Shown here piece by piece: positions 32,305-44,900 of a stretch of DNA of 64,000 nucleotides. The stretch lies in NCBI RefSeq assembly GCF_009914755.1, contig NC_060931.1; one strand, given 5' to 3'. Position 1 is the first letter of the stretch, and each line of letters starts with the position of its first letter. A model generated the notes under the pieces. It saw only the letters and a program-made list of their open reading frames with translations. It was not told where the DNA came from and ran no database searches. The stretch comes from the human T2T-CHM13v2.0 reference genome, Homo sapiens. A program made the position numbers and the translations under genes.

Positions 32305-33093
32305 GTAAGTACAGCTTATAAGCACGGTGTTGCTCCATTTCTAGTTTTCAGCTAGTAATATTTTTGTGTGAGGATATCGCTCCAGTATAATTTGCAAAAT
32401 GCCACAAGTCAGAATAGTATGTTGGTACTTCAACTTTAACAGATATATGTTGCTAATGAATAAGATGTGTTAAATACTAATGAAATTGAATGTTCCAACC
32501 AGACTAGATAGCATATTTGCACATATATATACACAAATAGATATATAAATTGCTTTATATATACTATAAACATGAATTTTATGTAATATATAAAGGTTAA
32601 TATTTTACATAATATATATAAAATAAAAGCAATTGTGTTTTTAGCAGGTACCTTTATTAAGTCATTCACAGCTCCCTCTCACTTCTCCTGGTTCAGACCT
32701 GAGAGCCTGGCCCATTTCAGTAACAATTTTAGGGGAATTGACAGAAGAGAAGAAAGTGGTGATTTAGTAATTATCTATTCTTATTGGATAATATATAGCT
32801 AACTCATAACTTTACCAGACCATTTTCCTAACTCCTCTAAGGCAAGAGATCAAGAAGTGGGAGAGTTTGGAGGAAAAGTTTTGCTTTTTAAAAAAATTGT
32901 TATAGGAATACCTTTTCATTCCTTTCCACTACTTCTCCACTAGAAAAATACATGAACTTATAAAGGCAATGAGGGAAATGCTCTGCTTTCTACAGCAGTG
33001 GTTAAAAAAAAAAAAAAGAAAAAACAGAGAGAAACAAGTTGTGGTATGTCCATGCAATGGACTAGTATGTAGCCACTAAAAATAAGTCAAATG

Positions 33094-33323
<230 letters not shown>

Positions 33324-34526
33324 GAGTCAAATGTATCTACTTGGACATACCATGATGTCCAGTACGTGAAAAAGCCCAGAGGACAAGGATTGGCAACAAC
33401 TTGATGTGATTATTACATTGTAAGATTGAAAATGTAGGGATATGAATTTTCACTTAATTTTATACACATTGTATTGTTTAAAATGTTTGCAATGAGCCAA
33501 AATGATATATTTCTTATCTACAGAAAGAATGATGGAAGGAGGGAATGTGAAGAGAGAATGAGAACAAGAGAATGAAGGGAGCAGGGAACAAGCAGCTCTC
33601 CAAAATGTTGTGAAGTTTTAACGAGGCTGAGCTTCTGTTTCATATAAGATGATAAAAGTACTGTGTTAGGAGAAGAAACAGGCTAGATATTTGTACCTTT
33701 CATAATAGTTTTTTTTTGCCAACAAAATATTAGGTTATTAAACATTGACCTTGCAGCAAATTAAATATGGTATTAACCACATTAATGGTTAATAAATAAA
33801 TATGGTATTAATGCCCAACTTGGACGAATTTCAGTGAATCACAGAGACACATAGGATTGGGTGAGGAAAGGAAAGAGAATAAGGCTAGAAGATTAATAAT
33901 AAACCCTCTTTGTAAAACACAGTATATAATGTGCATAATCACCTGGATGTCTTATTGCACATTTAGGTTTGTTGAAGGTTTCTGCGTGTGTGTGCATGTG
34001 TATGTATGTATGTGTGTACTATTGGTTCTGGGAAATATGGAAAATATTTTCAGAGAAAAGAACTAATATATCAAACCTTAGACTCTATAAAAAGCTGACC
34101 CAAATTATACAATCTTGTTTATTATTTCAACTACATGTACAAAATTCAATTATGACTCTTACTGTCTAATTTAAAACACCCTTGATATCCCGCAAATCTC
34201 AGAGAAATCCCAGGGAGGGTAGTAGACAATGTGGCTGAGTTAGAGATGCCATAGCTCAGGAAGAGAAACGGCTTGCTCTAACAGACACAGATAATAGTTG
34301 GCAGCACCCAGATTTGAATGTAAGTCTGTCTTGCCAAAGCTTATAAACTTAAAAAAAAATTGTCTGAATACAAATAGTACATGCTTAGATAAACTCAATT
34401 AGAGCCTATGTGTCCATTTGCACTTTCTACAACAGAAGTTTTTAACAGAACCTCCAAAGTAGTGACTTCTCTGTGACAAGATGTGACTGGTACCAGAAAT
34501 GTCTTTCTCAGAAGTTGCTGTGATAT

Positions 34527-35585
34527 TGTGGCCAGAAGTGGTGGGTTCTCGGTCTTGCTGACTTCAAGAATGAAGCCACAGACCCTCGTGTTAAGTGTCA
34601 CAGTTCTTAAAAATGGTGTGTCCAGAGTTTGTCCCTTCTGACGTTCGGACCTGTCCGGAGTTTCTTCCTGCTGGTGGGTTTGTGGTCTCACTTCGTGGTC
34701 TGGCTGACTTTAGGAGTGAAACTACAGACCTCTACCGTGTTACAGCTCTTAAAACTGGTATGAACCCAAGGAATAAGCAGCAACAAGATTTATTGCAAAG
34801 AGCGAAAGAAACCACCATTCCCAGAGAACAAAGCAAACCTAGCAGATTTCAGGTTTTGGTTCGGGTGGCCTGCTTTTATTCCCTTATGTGGCCCCACCCA
34901 CATCCTCCTGATTGGTCCATTTTGCAGAGAGCTGATTGGTCCATTTTGCAGAGAGCTGATTGGTCCATTTTACACAGCGCTGATTAGTCCATTTTACAGA
35001 GAGCTGATTGGTCTGTTTTGGCAGAGTGCTGATTGGTGCGTTTACAAACCTTTAGCTAGACGGAAAAGTTCTCCAAGTCCCCATCCTCCCAGAAACCCAG
35101 CCGGCTTCACCTCTCACCAACAGTGGCTGCGGGACTTTCCAGCACCTAGCCTGGGCATTCCCACAGCCCAGAGGGAGCTCGTCCCAGACAACCAAGAGGA
35201 AAAGAAGGGAAACAAGAAAGAGATGGAGACCCATCATTGTGGCCAACGACCCCACGAAGAGGGAATAGCGGTCCACGCACGGGACCCAGCCTCCGATCAA
35301 GCCCAGCAGGCGCCGGCTGCGCCAGTGCTGGGAGGCAGAGCCCACGCCCACCCGGAACCGCGCCGGCCAGCGAGGTCCGTGCGCAGCCCCGGCTGCCGCC
35401 TGCGCTTCTCCCTCCACACCTCACCGTTAGCAGAGGGAGCCGGCTCCGGCCTCAGCCAGCCCCAGAGACAGGCCCCCACAGCACAGCGGCGGGCTGAAGG
35501 GCTCCTCGAGCGTGGCCAGAGCAGACGCCGAGGCCAAGGAGGTGCCGAGAGACAGCGAGGGCTGCTAGCACATTGTCACCTCTCA
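34527..35585 (-). mobile_element. LTR12 (ERV9) solo LTR, 1059 bp
   Basis: Minus strand starts TGAGAGGTGACAATGTGCTAGCAGCC; CpG-rich U3; tandem CCAAT units; U5 repeats; near TSD ATAT/ATAC. Confidence 0.93.
34870..35040 (-). promoter_or_regulatory. LTR12 promoter: six ~24-bp units (five intact CCAAT boxes) plus AATAAAA TATA-like box
   Basis: Repeats of GCTGATTGGTCCATTTTGCAGAGA on +; NF-Y binding to ERV9 LTRs is established. Confidence 0.75.
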
Positions 35586-35641
35586 ATACTGGAACTCAGA
35601 ATAAGAGGTCTCCACTGTGCTGAGTTATGGGAGAAAGATGG

Positions 35642-36125
35642 GTGTATGGTAGACAGAATAGTGCCTCCCCACAACAAAGATGTCAACATGTTACTGTGTG
35701 TGTTAAAAGGGACTTTGTAGGTGTGAGTAAGTTGAAGATCTTGAGAAGAAAAGATTATCCTGGGTTTTTTGGGTGGGGCCAATGTCATAAAAAGGTCCAG
35801 ATAAGAAAGAGGCAGAAGAGTCAGGGTCAGAGGAGGAGCCATCATGATAGGAGCAGAGAAGCAGAGTCAGGAGAGTTGATGCTACACTGCTAACTTTGAA
35901 GATGAAGAAGCCACGAGCTATGGAATGGAGACAGCCTCTGAAAGGCAAGGAGATGGATTTCCTTTAGAGCTTCCAGGAAGGAGTGCAGGCCTGCTAACAG
36001 ATACGTTTTAGCCCAGTGAGACTAATTTTTAGACTTCTGACTTCCAGGACCGTAAGGTAATAAATGTGTGTTGCCTAAAACTACTGTTTGTGATAATTTG
36101 TTATACCAGCACAAGGAAACACATA
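35642..36125 (+). mobile_element. MLT1 (C/D-like) MaLR LTR
   Basis: TGGTAGACAGAATAGTGCCTCCCC...AAAAGGGACTTTGTAGGTGTGA...GACTTCTGACTTCCAGGACCGTAAG. Confidence 0.8.
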
Positions 36126-37295
36126 TAAACTATAATAGGCTCTTCTAGGTGAACTCGATGTTTCAAGTGATCAGGGTCCACGGGGAATAGGAATTGGATA
36201 GCTGGAGAATGTTGCTGAGTGAGAGATGGCAGAGTCAATGATGTTGGAAGGCCCTTTGAGTTTGACCTTGAAGTGCATAAACCATGAATTATGATTTTCC
36301 ATCATTCTTCCTTAATCTCAGGTCCAAGGAAAAAGCGGTATAATTAGAATGAAACACATGTAGCAATATACTCACTTTATCGCACGGGTATTTTCTGTGT
36401 ATTGTAGAAAAATCTAAAAAACAATTCTAACAAGGTCTCAGGAAATAATTATCCTTGTATTTTATTCTTCTGTATTTTAGCCAATCTCATATGTTCAGGC
36501 TTTTGTAAATTTGCAAGGACAAATTTAACAGCAAATAAATTATTTAAAACCTACAGAAAAAGTCTTCTAAACCAATTCCCACAGAGCAGACATTTCCTGA
36601 ATCTTAATCTTCTATCAGATTCCAGAAGATGCAAAAGAAGTTGGGCAAGTCACATAATCTCCCTGAGATTCCTATTTTGTGACGTTTTCCCTAATTCATT
36701 GTAACAGGCAAAGAACCTTGAATCTTAGATCTAGAAAAATCCCCAGAGATGACAGTAGCCCAAATTTCTCATTGTACATATGAGAAAACTGTGGCAGTGA
36801 CTTGTCCGAGATTGTATCCTGCAGCGTGCTCTGCAGGTACCCCAAATGCTCAAGACGCCAGGTCCTACACAACATGGTAGTGATGCAAAATGAGATATTT
36901 CTTGTTCTCAAGAAGATCATTATCCAGGAAGGAAGATAGAGAAATAACATACGTGTATAGAATGGTTGGTAAGGTATAATGATTGAAGTTAGCACAGGGT
37001 ATTGGTTGAGCTTGGAGGAGGGGCACATAGCTCAGACAGGCGTTTCTCATCATGAATACTCATTAAATTTAAACACTAAAATTGTATTAACTTCTTGTTA
37101 TTTTACAGAAATAACTGTGTCTCCTCTGTCAATTATTCTAAAAATGCAGTCAAATAAAATGAAGAAAGTAAAAACTGTTCGAAATCATATCATCCAGAGA
37201 TGACCACTGTTAGCATTGTGTTATATATCCTTACATAATGATGTTCCATCTATACATAGATATATACGCACATGCATATATGGTTCTATTTCTGG

Positions 37296-37297
<2 letters not shown>

Positions 37298-37385
<88 letters not shown>
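37298..37385. repeat. Compound microsatellite (CT)~26(AT)~17
   Basis: Direct read. Confidence 0.97.
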
Positions 37386-37388
<3 letters not shown>

Positions 37389-38252
37389 CTTATGTTATCC
37401 TGCTGGTATTTGTCCCTTTCTTTGCACATTATCATAAATATCTTATTTTAGAATCACTGAATCTCAGAGTTGGAGTAGGTTTACAAAATATCTTTTAATC
37501 CAACCACAAAATAAATACATTTTAATTTTTTAATAGTTTTCAATATAGACAAAATTGTAGAGATCTCTCTACCCACTTTCTCTATTATTAACATCTTAAA
37601 TTAGTATGATACATGTGTTTATAATCAATGAACCAATATGGATACATTATTATTAACTAAGTCCGCCTTTATTTAAACATTTTTAAGTTTTTACCTAACT
37701 TTTTTTTTTGTTTCATGATGTCATTCAGGATGCCATATCATATTTAGTTGGTACATCTCCTTAGGCTCCTCTTGACTGTCACAGTTTCTCAAACTTTTCT
37801 TGCTTTTGATGATGGTTAAATTTTCAAAGAATACTGATCAAGTATACTGCAGACTTTTTTTTCAAGTGGAATTTGTCTGGTGTTTTTCTTATTATTACAC
37901 TGGGGTTATGGGTTTGGGGGAGGGAGACCACAAAGGTAAAATAGCATTTTTATCAAATTATGTCAAAAAAACACACTATCAACCTGACTTATCTCCATTG
38001 ATGTTAACCTGAACACCTGCCTGAGATAGTGTTTGTCAGGTTTCTGCACTGTTAAGTTACGCTTTTCCTCTTTCCATACTTATTTTTTGAAAGAAAGTCA
38101 CTATGCACATCGCACACCCAAGAAGTGAGAAGTTATACTCTACCTCCTTGAAGGTGGGAGTATCTACATAGATTATTTGGAATTATTCTACCCAGCTTTG
38201 GCCAATAAGAGCTCTTTCAGTTGATTCCTGTGTCTCTTTGACATACCACATC

Positions 38253-38254
<2 letters not shown>

Positions 38255-38304
<50 letters not shown>
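38255..38304. repeat. (TG)~25 microsatellite
   Basis: Direct read. Confidence 0.97.
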
Positions 38305-38312
<8 letters not shown>

Positions 38313-39345
38313 TTTGGCACTTTTCTTACTTTCTGGCACTATAAAGTGATATAAGCTCATCTTTTGTATTTCCTGCCCTAGACCTAGAATCAGAATGGTT
38401 TTAGAAACCAAGATCTGGATACCAGCTATGTTCATTACTAGTGGAGTGTTTTGCTTCTAGGCCCTCTCAACAGATAGAGGGATGAAATATATGTGTGTAT
38501 GCTAATCCATGTATATACATATACCCATGAAACTTCCATATGTAATCATTTATACCTATATTAAGTTAAACATGAGTTAATACTGATGTCTCCATCTCTA
38601 ATCCATTCCTACATGAATTATTCTAGACTCTTCTGCTTGCTTAGTTGTAGATTTCCACAACTGTAAGAACCCTGGCTTCACATTACAAAGGCTGTCTTCT
38701 CTCTTTTCTTCTCATTTCTGGCTAGAAATTTGTCCATTTTATTGTTCTTTTTGAAAAATAAGGTTTGGTTTCATTGATTTTTTTTCATTGTTTTCCATTT
38801 AATTGATTTCTACTCTTATTTTCATTATTTCTTTTTAGTTTTTCTGCTTGCTGTAGACTTACATTGCTCTTTTTCTCTACTTTCCTAAAGTAGAAACTTA
38901 GACTGTAGATCTTTCTTCTTTTCTAAAATATGCATTTAATGCTATAACTTTCCCTCCAAACGTTGCTTTTGCTACATTTTAAATTTGTGATAGGTTGTAT
39001 TTTCATTTGCATTAAGTTCAAAATATTTTTCTAATTCTCTTGGGATCTCTTCTTAAACACATGTTATTTAGTAGTGCATTAAATTTCTGAGTATCTTGAG
39101 ATTTTCTAGATATTTTTCAATTATTGGTTTTTAGTTTGATTCTATCATGGCATGAGAACACACTTTGTGTGATTTCTATTCTTGGAAACTTATTAAGGTG
39201 TATTGCATAACCTAGAATGCATTCCATCTTGCTAAATGTCTCATGTGAGCCTGCTACTCAAGATTATGATATGTAGATCATCTCTGAGACCTCAGTTCTG
39301 GAATGTGTCCGAGGAAAGTTGTTTCAGTTTGTCCAGCTTTTTCTC

Positions 39346-39659
39346 CTTTCCTTCCTTCCTTCCTTCCTTCCTTCCTTCCTTCCTTCCTTCCTTCCTCCTT
39401 TATTCCCTCCCTCCCTCCCTTCCTTCCTTCCTTCTTTCTTTTGACACAGGGCCTCGTTCTCTCACCCAAGCTATAGTACAGTGGCGGTGATCACAGCTCT
39501 CACTGCAGCCTCAAACTTGCCGGCTCAAGTGATCCTCCCATCTCAGCCCCCACCACTTACCCGAGTAGCTAGGACTACAGGCATGGACCTCCACATGGGC
39601 TAATTTAATTTTTTTTTTTTTTTTTTTGGTAGAGACAGGGTCTTACTATGTTACCCAGG
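39346..39659 (-). mobile_element. Truncated AluJ with (TTCC)n tail expansion (39346-39440)
   Basis: CACTGCAGCCTCAAAC...GCTCAAGTGATCCTCCC J-type right arm; left arm incomplete. Confidence 0.85.
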
Positions 39660-41186
39660 AATTTTTCTTTTTATAAGGATAGGAGTGACAACTTCCAAGC
39701 TCTTTATGGGAAAAAAAGCAAAAACCAGAAGTTTCAACAAAAGATTTTTATTTTCTTACCCCAAAATTAGTGAGCAAGTCTTTTTCTAACTAAGCACCTC
39801 CAGGGACTGCGAACTCATTACTCATCTCATTACTGAGTATTAGGAAGTTTTTTTTCGTATTTCTCCGATGCTGCTCCCTATAGATCCAGCCAATGGGTCT
39901 GACTCTACCTATGTTTCTTCCACAGACCCACGATTAAAGTATGTGAAAACAACATGTCCTCTCTGACTCCCCTCCCTTAGGCTAGCCACCTTATTACTTT
40001 GACTTCTCTATTTGAAATCCTTCACCATCTTGTAGACTAAGATTGCAGTGTGAAGGTCACATTCACTGCCATTGAGCACTCACGGTGAGATACTGTGCTA
40101 TACAGCCTTCTTGGGGATACATTGATGAACCAAAACATAATAGATGCTCGTCTCATGGAACTTATGAGGAAAGTTGCTCATGAAGGAATAAGCCACACTG
40201 TTGTTTCAATGAGGTTTTACTTTTGTCTGCCTTCTGCAGTGTAGAGCAAGTCCATATTACTCAAAGTTGGGACAGATGCATTCTTTCGAGGATCCTTTTT
40301 ACCCAGTATCAGTCTGTCATGGAAATCTCCTGTTTGCTTATGATCTGATTTGAATGTCTTTCCCTGAATATCCTAGGCATGTTTTCATGATGCTAGGCAT
40401 TAGACAGAAATTCCAGGGATGGCAAGCTGTGTAGAACACAATCTTAAATTATAAGAAAGTTAAAAACAAAGCAAGCCAAAACTCCCGTATTCTTTATTTG
40501 GTAGCTCATAATATGGCAATTGAGTGTTCGTTAACTTAAAGGTATAAATAGAATTAGTTTGACTGCATATGAGCCACATTTATTACTTTTCCCAAAAATA
40601 TGAAATAGGGAGAAAATAAGGGGTTTGTAGATATAATGTACGTATTCAAATCCTGCCACCTATATTGTATGGGGAAATGTATTTAACCTTGGATCTTCAG
40701 TTTCTTCATCTGTGCAATGTAGATAGTGAGTTTTTGATTCATAGGGCTAATGTAAGTTTTAAATGAGATGATGTTTGTAAAGCACTCAGCACAGTGCCTT
40801 GCATTAAGTAGATACCCATGCTTAGTTCCTTTCTAAATTTGTCTTAACACAAATTTATTCTTTAAGACGACAAGAAGGTTGCTGGTGTTGAGGGTATGTT
40901 TGCTAAATCGCAGACAAAAGCATTCTAGTCTTACTAATCAAAGAAGAATTCAGCCATTTTGATTCCTGTATACAGGATTGAGATGTATGGATTTAACTAA
41001 GGAGTAGATACTAGGAAGAAATGGATATAAATGCTTCTTTGACTCTTAACTAGTTGACTCTTTAAACTGATTGCAAGACAAGGGTGTCACGTGAAGAGCT
41101 GCCTTGATGATATCCCTAAAGTAACTCCCAACTAAACTGAGGGTGATTGGGTACTCAGAGATATCCAATAGTAATCCATGAGGGAT

Positions 41187-41500
41187 TGATATAGATTGAA
41201 TACTTGTTCCTGCCCAAATCTCATGTTGAAATGGGATTCCCAATGTTGGAGATGGGGCCTGGTGGGAGATGTTTTCGTCATGGGGGTGGATCTCTCCTGG
41301 CTTGGTCCTGTCCTCATAATAGTGAGTGAATTCTCAAGCGATCTGGTTGTTTAAATGTGTGGCATCCCCACCTCTTGCTTTTGCTTTTACTACCTGCTCT
41401 TTCTTCACCTTCCACCATGATTGTAAGCCAGTTGAACCTCTTTGCTTTATAAATTACCCAGTCTCGGGTATTTATAACAATGTAAGAATAGCCTACTACA
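41187..41500 (+). mobile_element. MST-type MaLR LTR with internal deletion
   Basis: CCCAAATCTCATGTTGAAATG...TTTATAAATTACCCAGTCTCGGGTATTT. Confidence 0.8.
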
Positions 41501-43000
41501 GGAGTGTTAAGTGCTCTCAGACTGTTTTATGCTCAGTGTTCCTGGTGTGGAATAGCAAAATATAAACTAGCTCTTGTTAGGATTGAATCAGAAGCCTGGG
41601 CTTTTTTCTTACTAAGGTTTGCTGACCTAAATGTTAGTTGTAAAAGTGTTGGTTCTTCTTGAACCATTGAAGAGCTCTTTAGACTAAAATGTCTTGGAAT
41701 CATTACCCTAGGCAATACTGAGGACATTCTAGGTCAGGAAATCCATGGAAGAAAATACTACAGGGGACAGCGCAGGAAGTATATGTCGGTAATATGACAA
41801 CTACTTAATGACCCTGATATTGGTGAGTATCCAAGACAAGGTGTAGGTAAGATGAGTCCACTCAGTTTTCTATGACATGTCCCAGGATTCTCCCTTTCAA
41901 CCAATAATGCAGTGGGGTTGGTAGAGAAAGGGGGAAAATCAATGCTCACTTCCTATATTACTGTGTCAAGTCAATCCAGCACAGATTATCAGATATTTAC
42001 TGAGCAATCCTTTCCTATGAGCAAAATAAATGAAAATGCTTCCCAGCTGCCTGGAGTGTCTTAGAAAACTTTCCCCCAAACATTCATTTGTGTCCTGAAA
42101 GCATTTTATATCTCAGTTACAGCAATGAGCAATTCACAGCACATGCAGCCATTTTGAGTCATGATTAGTGGTCCCATTTCGAGATTAAAGATTAGAAAGC
42201 TGCCTCCATTTTGTTACTTTTCTATATGGCCAGAATTAACATGTTCATTGTTAAAAGGCAATTTGAGTTTTCTTATTGACTTTCATCTATTCTGTAGAGT
42301 GAGCAATCTAAGTCATAAGAATGTACATTTTCCCCCATGGGGATCAGTAAAGCAAGGTAGTAAAGGAAATTTTTTGTTGCTGGTTATAATGCAGCCCATA
42401 AGCTTTTTTATATGTTTTGAATTGGCCTGCTTCTAAAAAATTTTATTCACCTATCCTCTGTTATCTTAGCTTATTTTACGTAGTATTGTAACTATTTGTT
42501 TATGAGTCTATCTTCATCTTACAAAGAGAGTTCCTTAATTTAGGAAGAATATCTTATTTTTATATCAATGGTACCTAGAAGAGTGCTAGCTCAGAGATTC
42601 AGCTCAATATGAAATCTTTATTGAGATGAAATACAAAAAAGTAAGATTCAGGTTCAGGTGTGAAATCCAGTCCAGATTTCATTACTGAGCTCTAGATCTA
42701 TGTATCCAAACTGACTGTGCAATTAGTATTATTATTACATTCACTATTACACATACAATCATAAAACATAAAATGATGACTCAATCAAGTTTACAGGCCA
42801 TTTATCATGCATTATTGAATTAACCCCTACAATAATTCTGTGAAGGAAGCATCTGTAAAAGAAGCATCTGCACTGTATTGATGAGAATCCTGAAATGGAG
42901 ACATGCCCAATGGCATAGGTAGCAAGTGCTGGTGCCAGAGCTGCCACTGAGCACTTGTGACTCTAAGTCCTAACCTTTCCATCTTTTCCTTTGTCAAATA

Positions 43001-43187
43001 CAGGGTGTCTCAATGTCATCAATCTTGATGTTTGGGTTAAAAAATTCTTTGTGGTAGGGCTACATCCTTGGCCTCTATCCACCAGATACTAGTAGCATTC
43101 TCCACCCCATTGCGACAATCAAAAATGTCTCTAGACATTGCCAAAGGTCCCCTTGGGGAAAAATCAGTGCTAGTTGAGACTCCATGG
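43001..43187. mobile_element. MER20 hAT-Charlie element
   Basis: GACAATCAAAAATGTCTCTAGACATTGCCAAAGGTCCCCTTGGGG. Confidence 0.8.
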
Positions 43188-43950
43188 TATAGTAACAGGC
43201 ACAATGTGGTAAATGTTCTGGAACAGGCATAAGCAAAATGAGGGGAAAAGATGGGGACCTCCTACACAGTAGAGGCAGCATTTGATTTGGATCTTTACTA
43301 TAGAAAGATTGAATTGACCTGGGAGGACTTACTGTGATGAGAAAGAATACCAAATATTTGGGGAGCAAGCATGATGTGTCAAATTTAACTCTAAGGGGGG
43401 AAATACAATAGAAGCATTGTTAAAATGAAACACTATCTTAAAGTCCATCTAGTGGAACATAGAGCAATTTGGGGCCACTCAATCTCATGCTATGCATTTA
43501 ACAGCTAGATTTATCATATTATCTACTAAAGATTACTTAGGAAAGAATTGCCTCCTGTTTATTCTTGTAGCTTACTAACCTATAAATCAGTCTCAGTCAT
43601 CATTTAATTGTACTGTACATCGAGATTGTGTTTTCTGGTAACTTTCTGGCTCACTGGGAATGTTAAAAAAAATACTTAGCTTGAGTCTCTGTGCATGAAT
43701 TGAAAGGAAGAAAAGCTTACCTTCAGCTCTCTTCATCTAGCCAGGGCTCTTGGCCCTACCTGGAAACTCTGTCAATAAACATGACAACTAATTCTCTGGC
43801 TTGGTTTGGTGAACATAAAACAACCACACTAAATCTTCTACTTCCCTTTTATTTAGAATTGTTGGAAAACTGAGAGAGATTCTGATATCTCTAAAATAAC
43901 ATGCTGTCCTTCCTCAAAATAACTTTAGAAAGTGTATCGCAGTTGGTATA

Positions 43951-44047
43951 CAGCTGGTCTCTGACATATGATGATTTGACTTAACAATTTTTCAACTTAT
44001 GATGGGTTTATTGGGGGTTAACCCCATTATAAATCAAGAAGCATTTG
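43951..44047. mobile_element. Tigger-derived MITE (MER47-like), 97 bp
   Basis: Degenerate TIRs, TA on both sides, internal CAACTTATGATGGGTTTATTGGG. Confidence 0.6.
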
Positions 44048-44279
44048 TACTTTTTGAGCTCTAGGAGTCAGATAGGCCTACGTTGCGAGTCAGAGAGGCA
44101 TAGTCAGACTAGTTGTAGGGGAAAAAATGGTTTAACATCTGTGAAGCTCCGTTTCCTCATCTCTAAGATGGGTTAATAATAACTTCCACCTAAACTTTGT
44201 GTGAGAATTAAGTAAGAAAATGTTGTAAGACTTTAACTGTGAGGCTTGGCACAAACCAATATAAATGGTGGCTATCGTT

Positions 44280-44900
44280 ATAATCATCTCATTATCTTAA
44301 TGGTTTTCAAATTATACTTCCTTCTCCAATGCCTGCTCTATAGATGAAATGGTATTGACCACTTGCACAAGTTGGAAAACTGAGATCAATTTTGACCATT
44401 GCGTCCCCCGACAGCAATCAGTCCGTAAGACCTGCAGTTTTTTTTCTCCCACATAGTTCTAAAATAACTCACTTATCTACATTTCTACTCTTGGGGCCAT
44501 GATTACAGTCACCATAATATCTTACCTGGTCCCCAGCCTCCTTTTTTCAGTCTTGTTGCTTCCATTCATTCCATTCTCCATATTGAAGCAAGAAGATCTT
44601 TTCAGAATGAAAGTCTGATCATGTCACTTCCCACTGCCCTCAGAACAAAGTTCAAACCTCTTATTGGCATGCAAAGTCCTTCATATTTTGATTACTCCTT
44701 CCCTTTCCAGTTACATCACTTGACATTGACTCCTCATTTATTATGTAGTAGGCATGCTGAGGTTCTTGTAATTTTGCAAGTGGAATTTATTCTCTCTCTT
44801 GACCTCAGACCTTTGCACCTTTGCACATGCTGTTCTCTCTCCCTGAATCATCCTCCTTCTCCCCACCCCATGCAAAGGACAGAGGCTTACCTTTACTTAC
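44280..44900 (+). mobile_element. LINE-2 fragment
   Basis: AAAGTCTGATCATGTCAC, CTCAGACCTTTGCAC...TGCTGTTCTCTCTCCCTGAA; pyrimidine-rich. Confidence 0.55.

Larger units (their letters stand above)
37520..39740 (-). mobile_element. Ancient L1MC/L1M fragments
   Basis: L1MC-type 3'UTR (ATCAATGAACCAATATGGATACATTATTATTAACTAAGTCC), T-rich ORF2 remnant, and 5'-end-like piece; boundaries approximate. Confidence 0.65.

Noticed and set aside
34908-35040. Regular ~24-bp repeats resembling a CRISPR-like array
   Set aside because: Head-to-tail units without unique spacers; the known LTR12 CCAAT repeats
35052-35720. Several overlapping 60-165 aa ORFs
   Set aside because: Stop-poor GC-rich LTR12 U3 sequence
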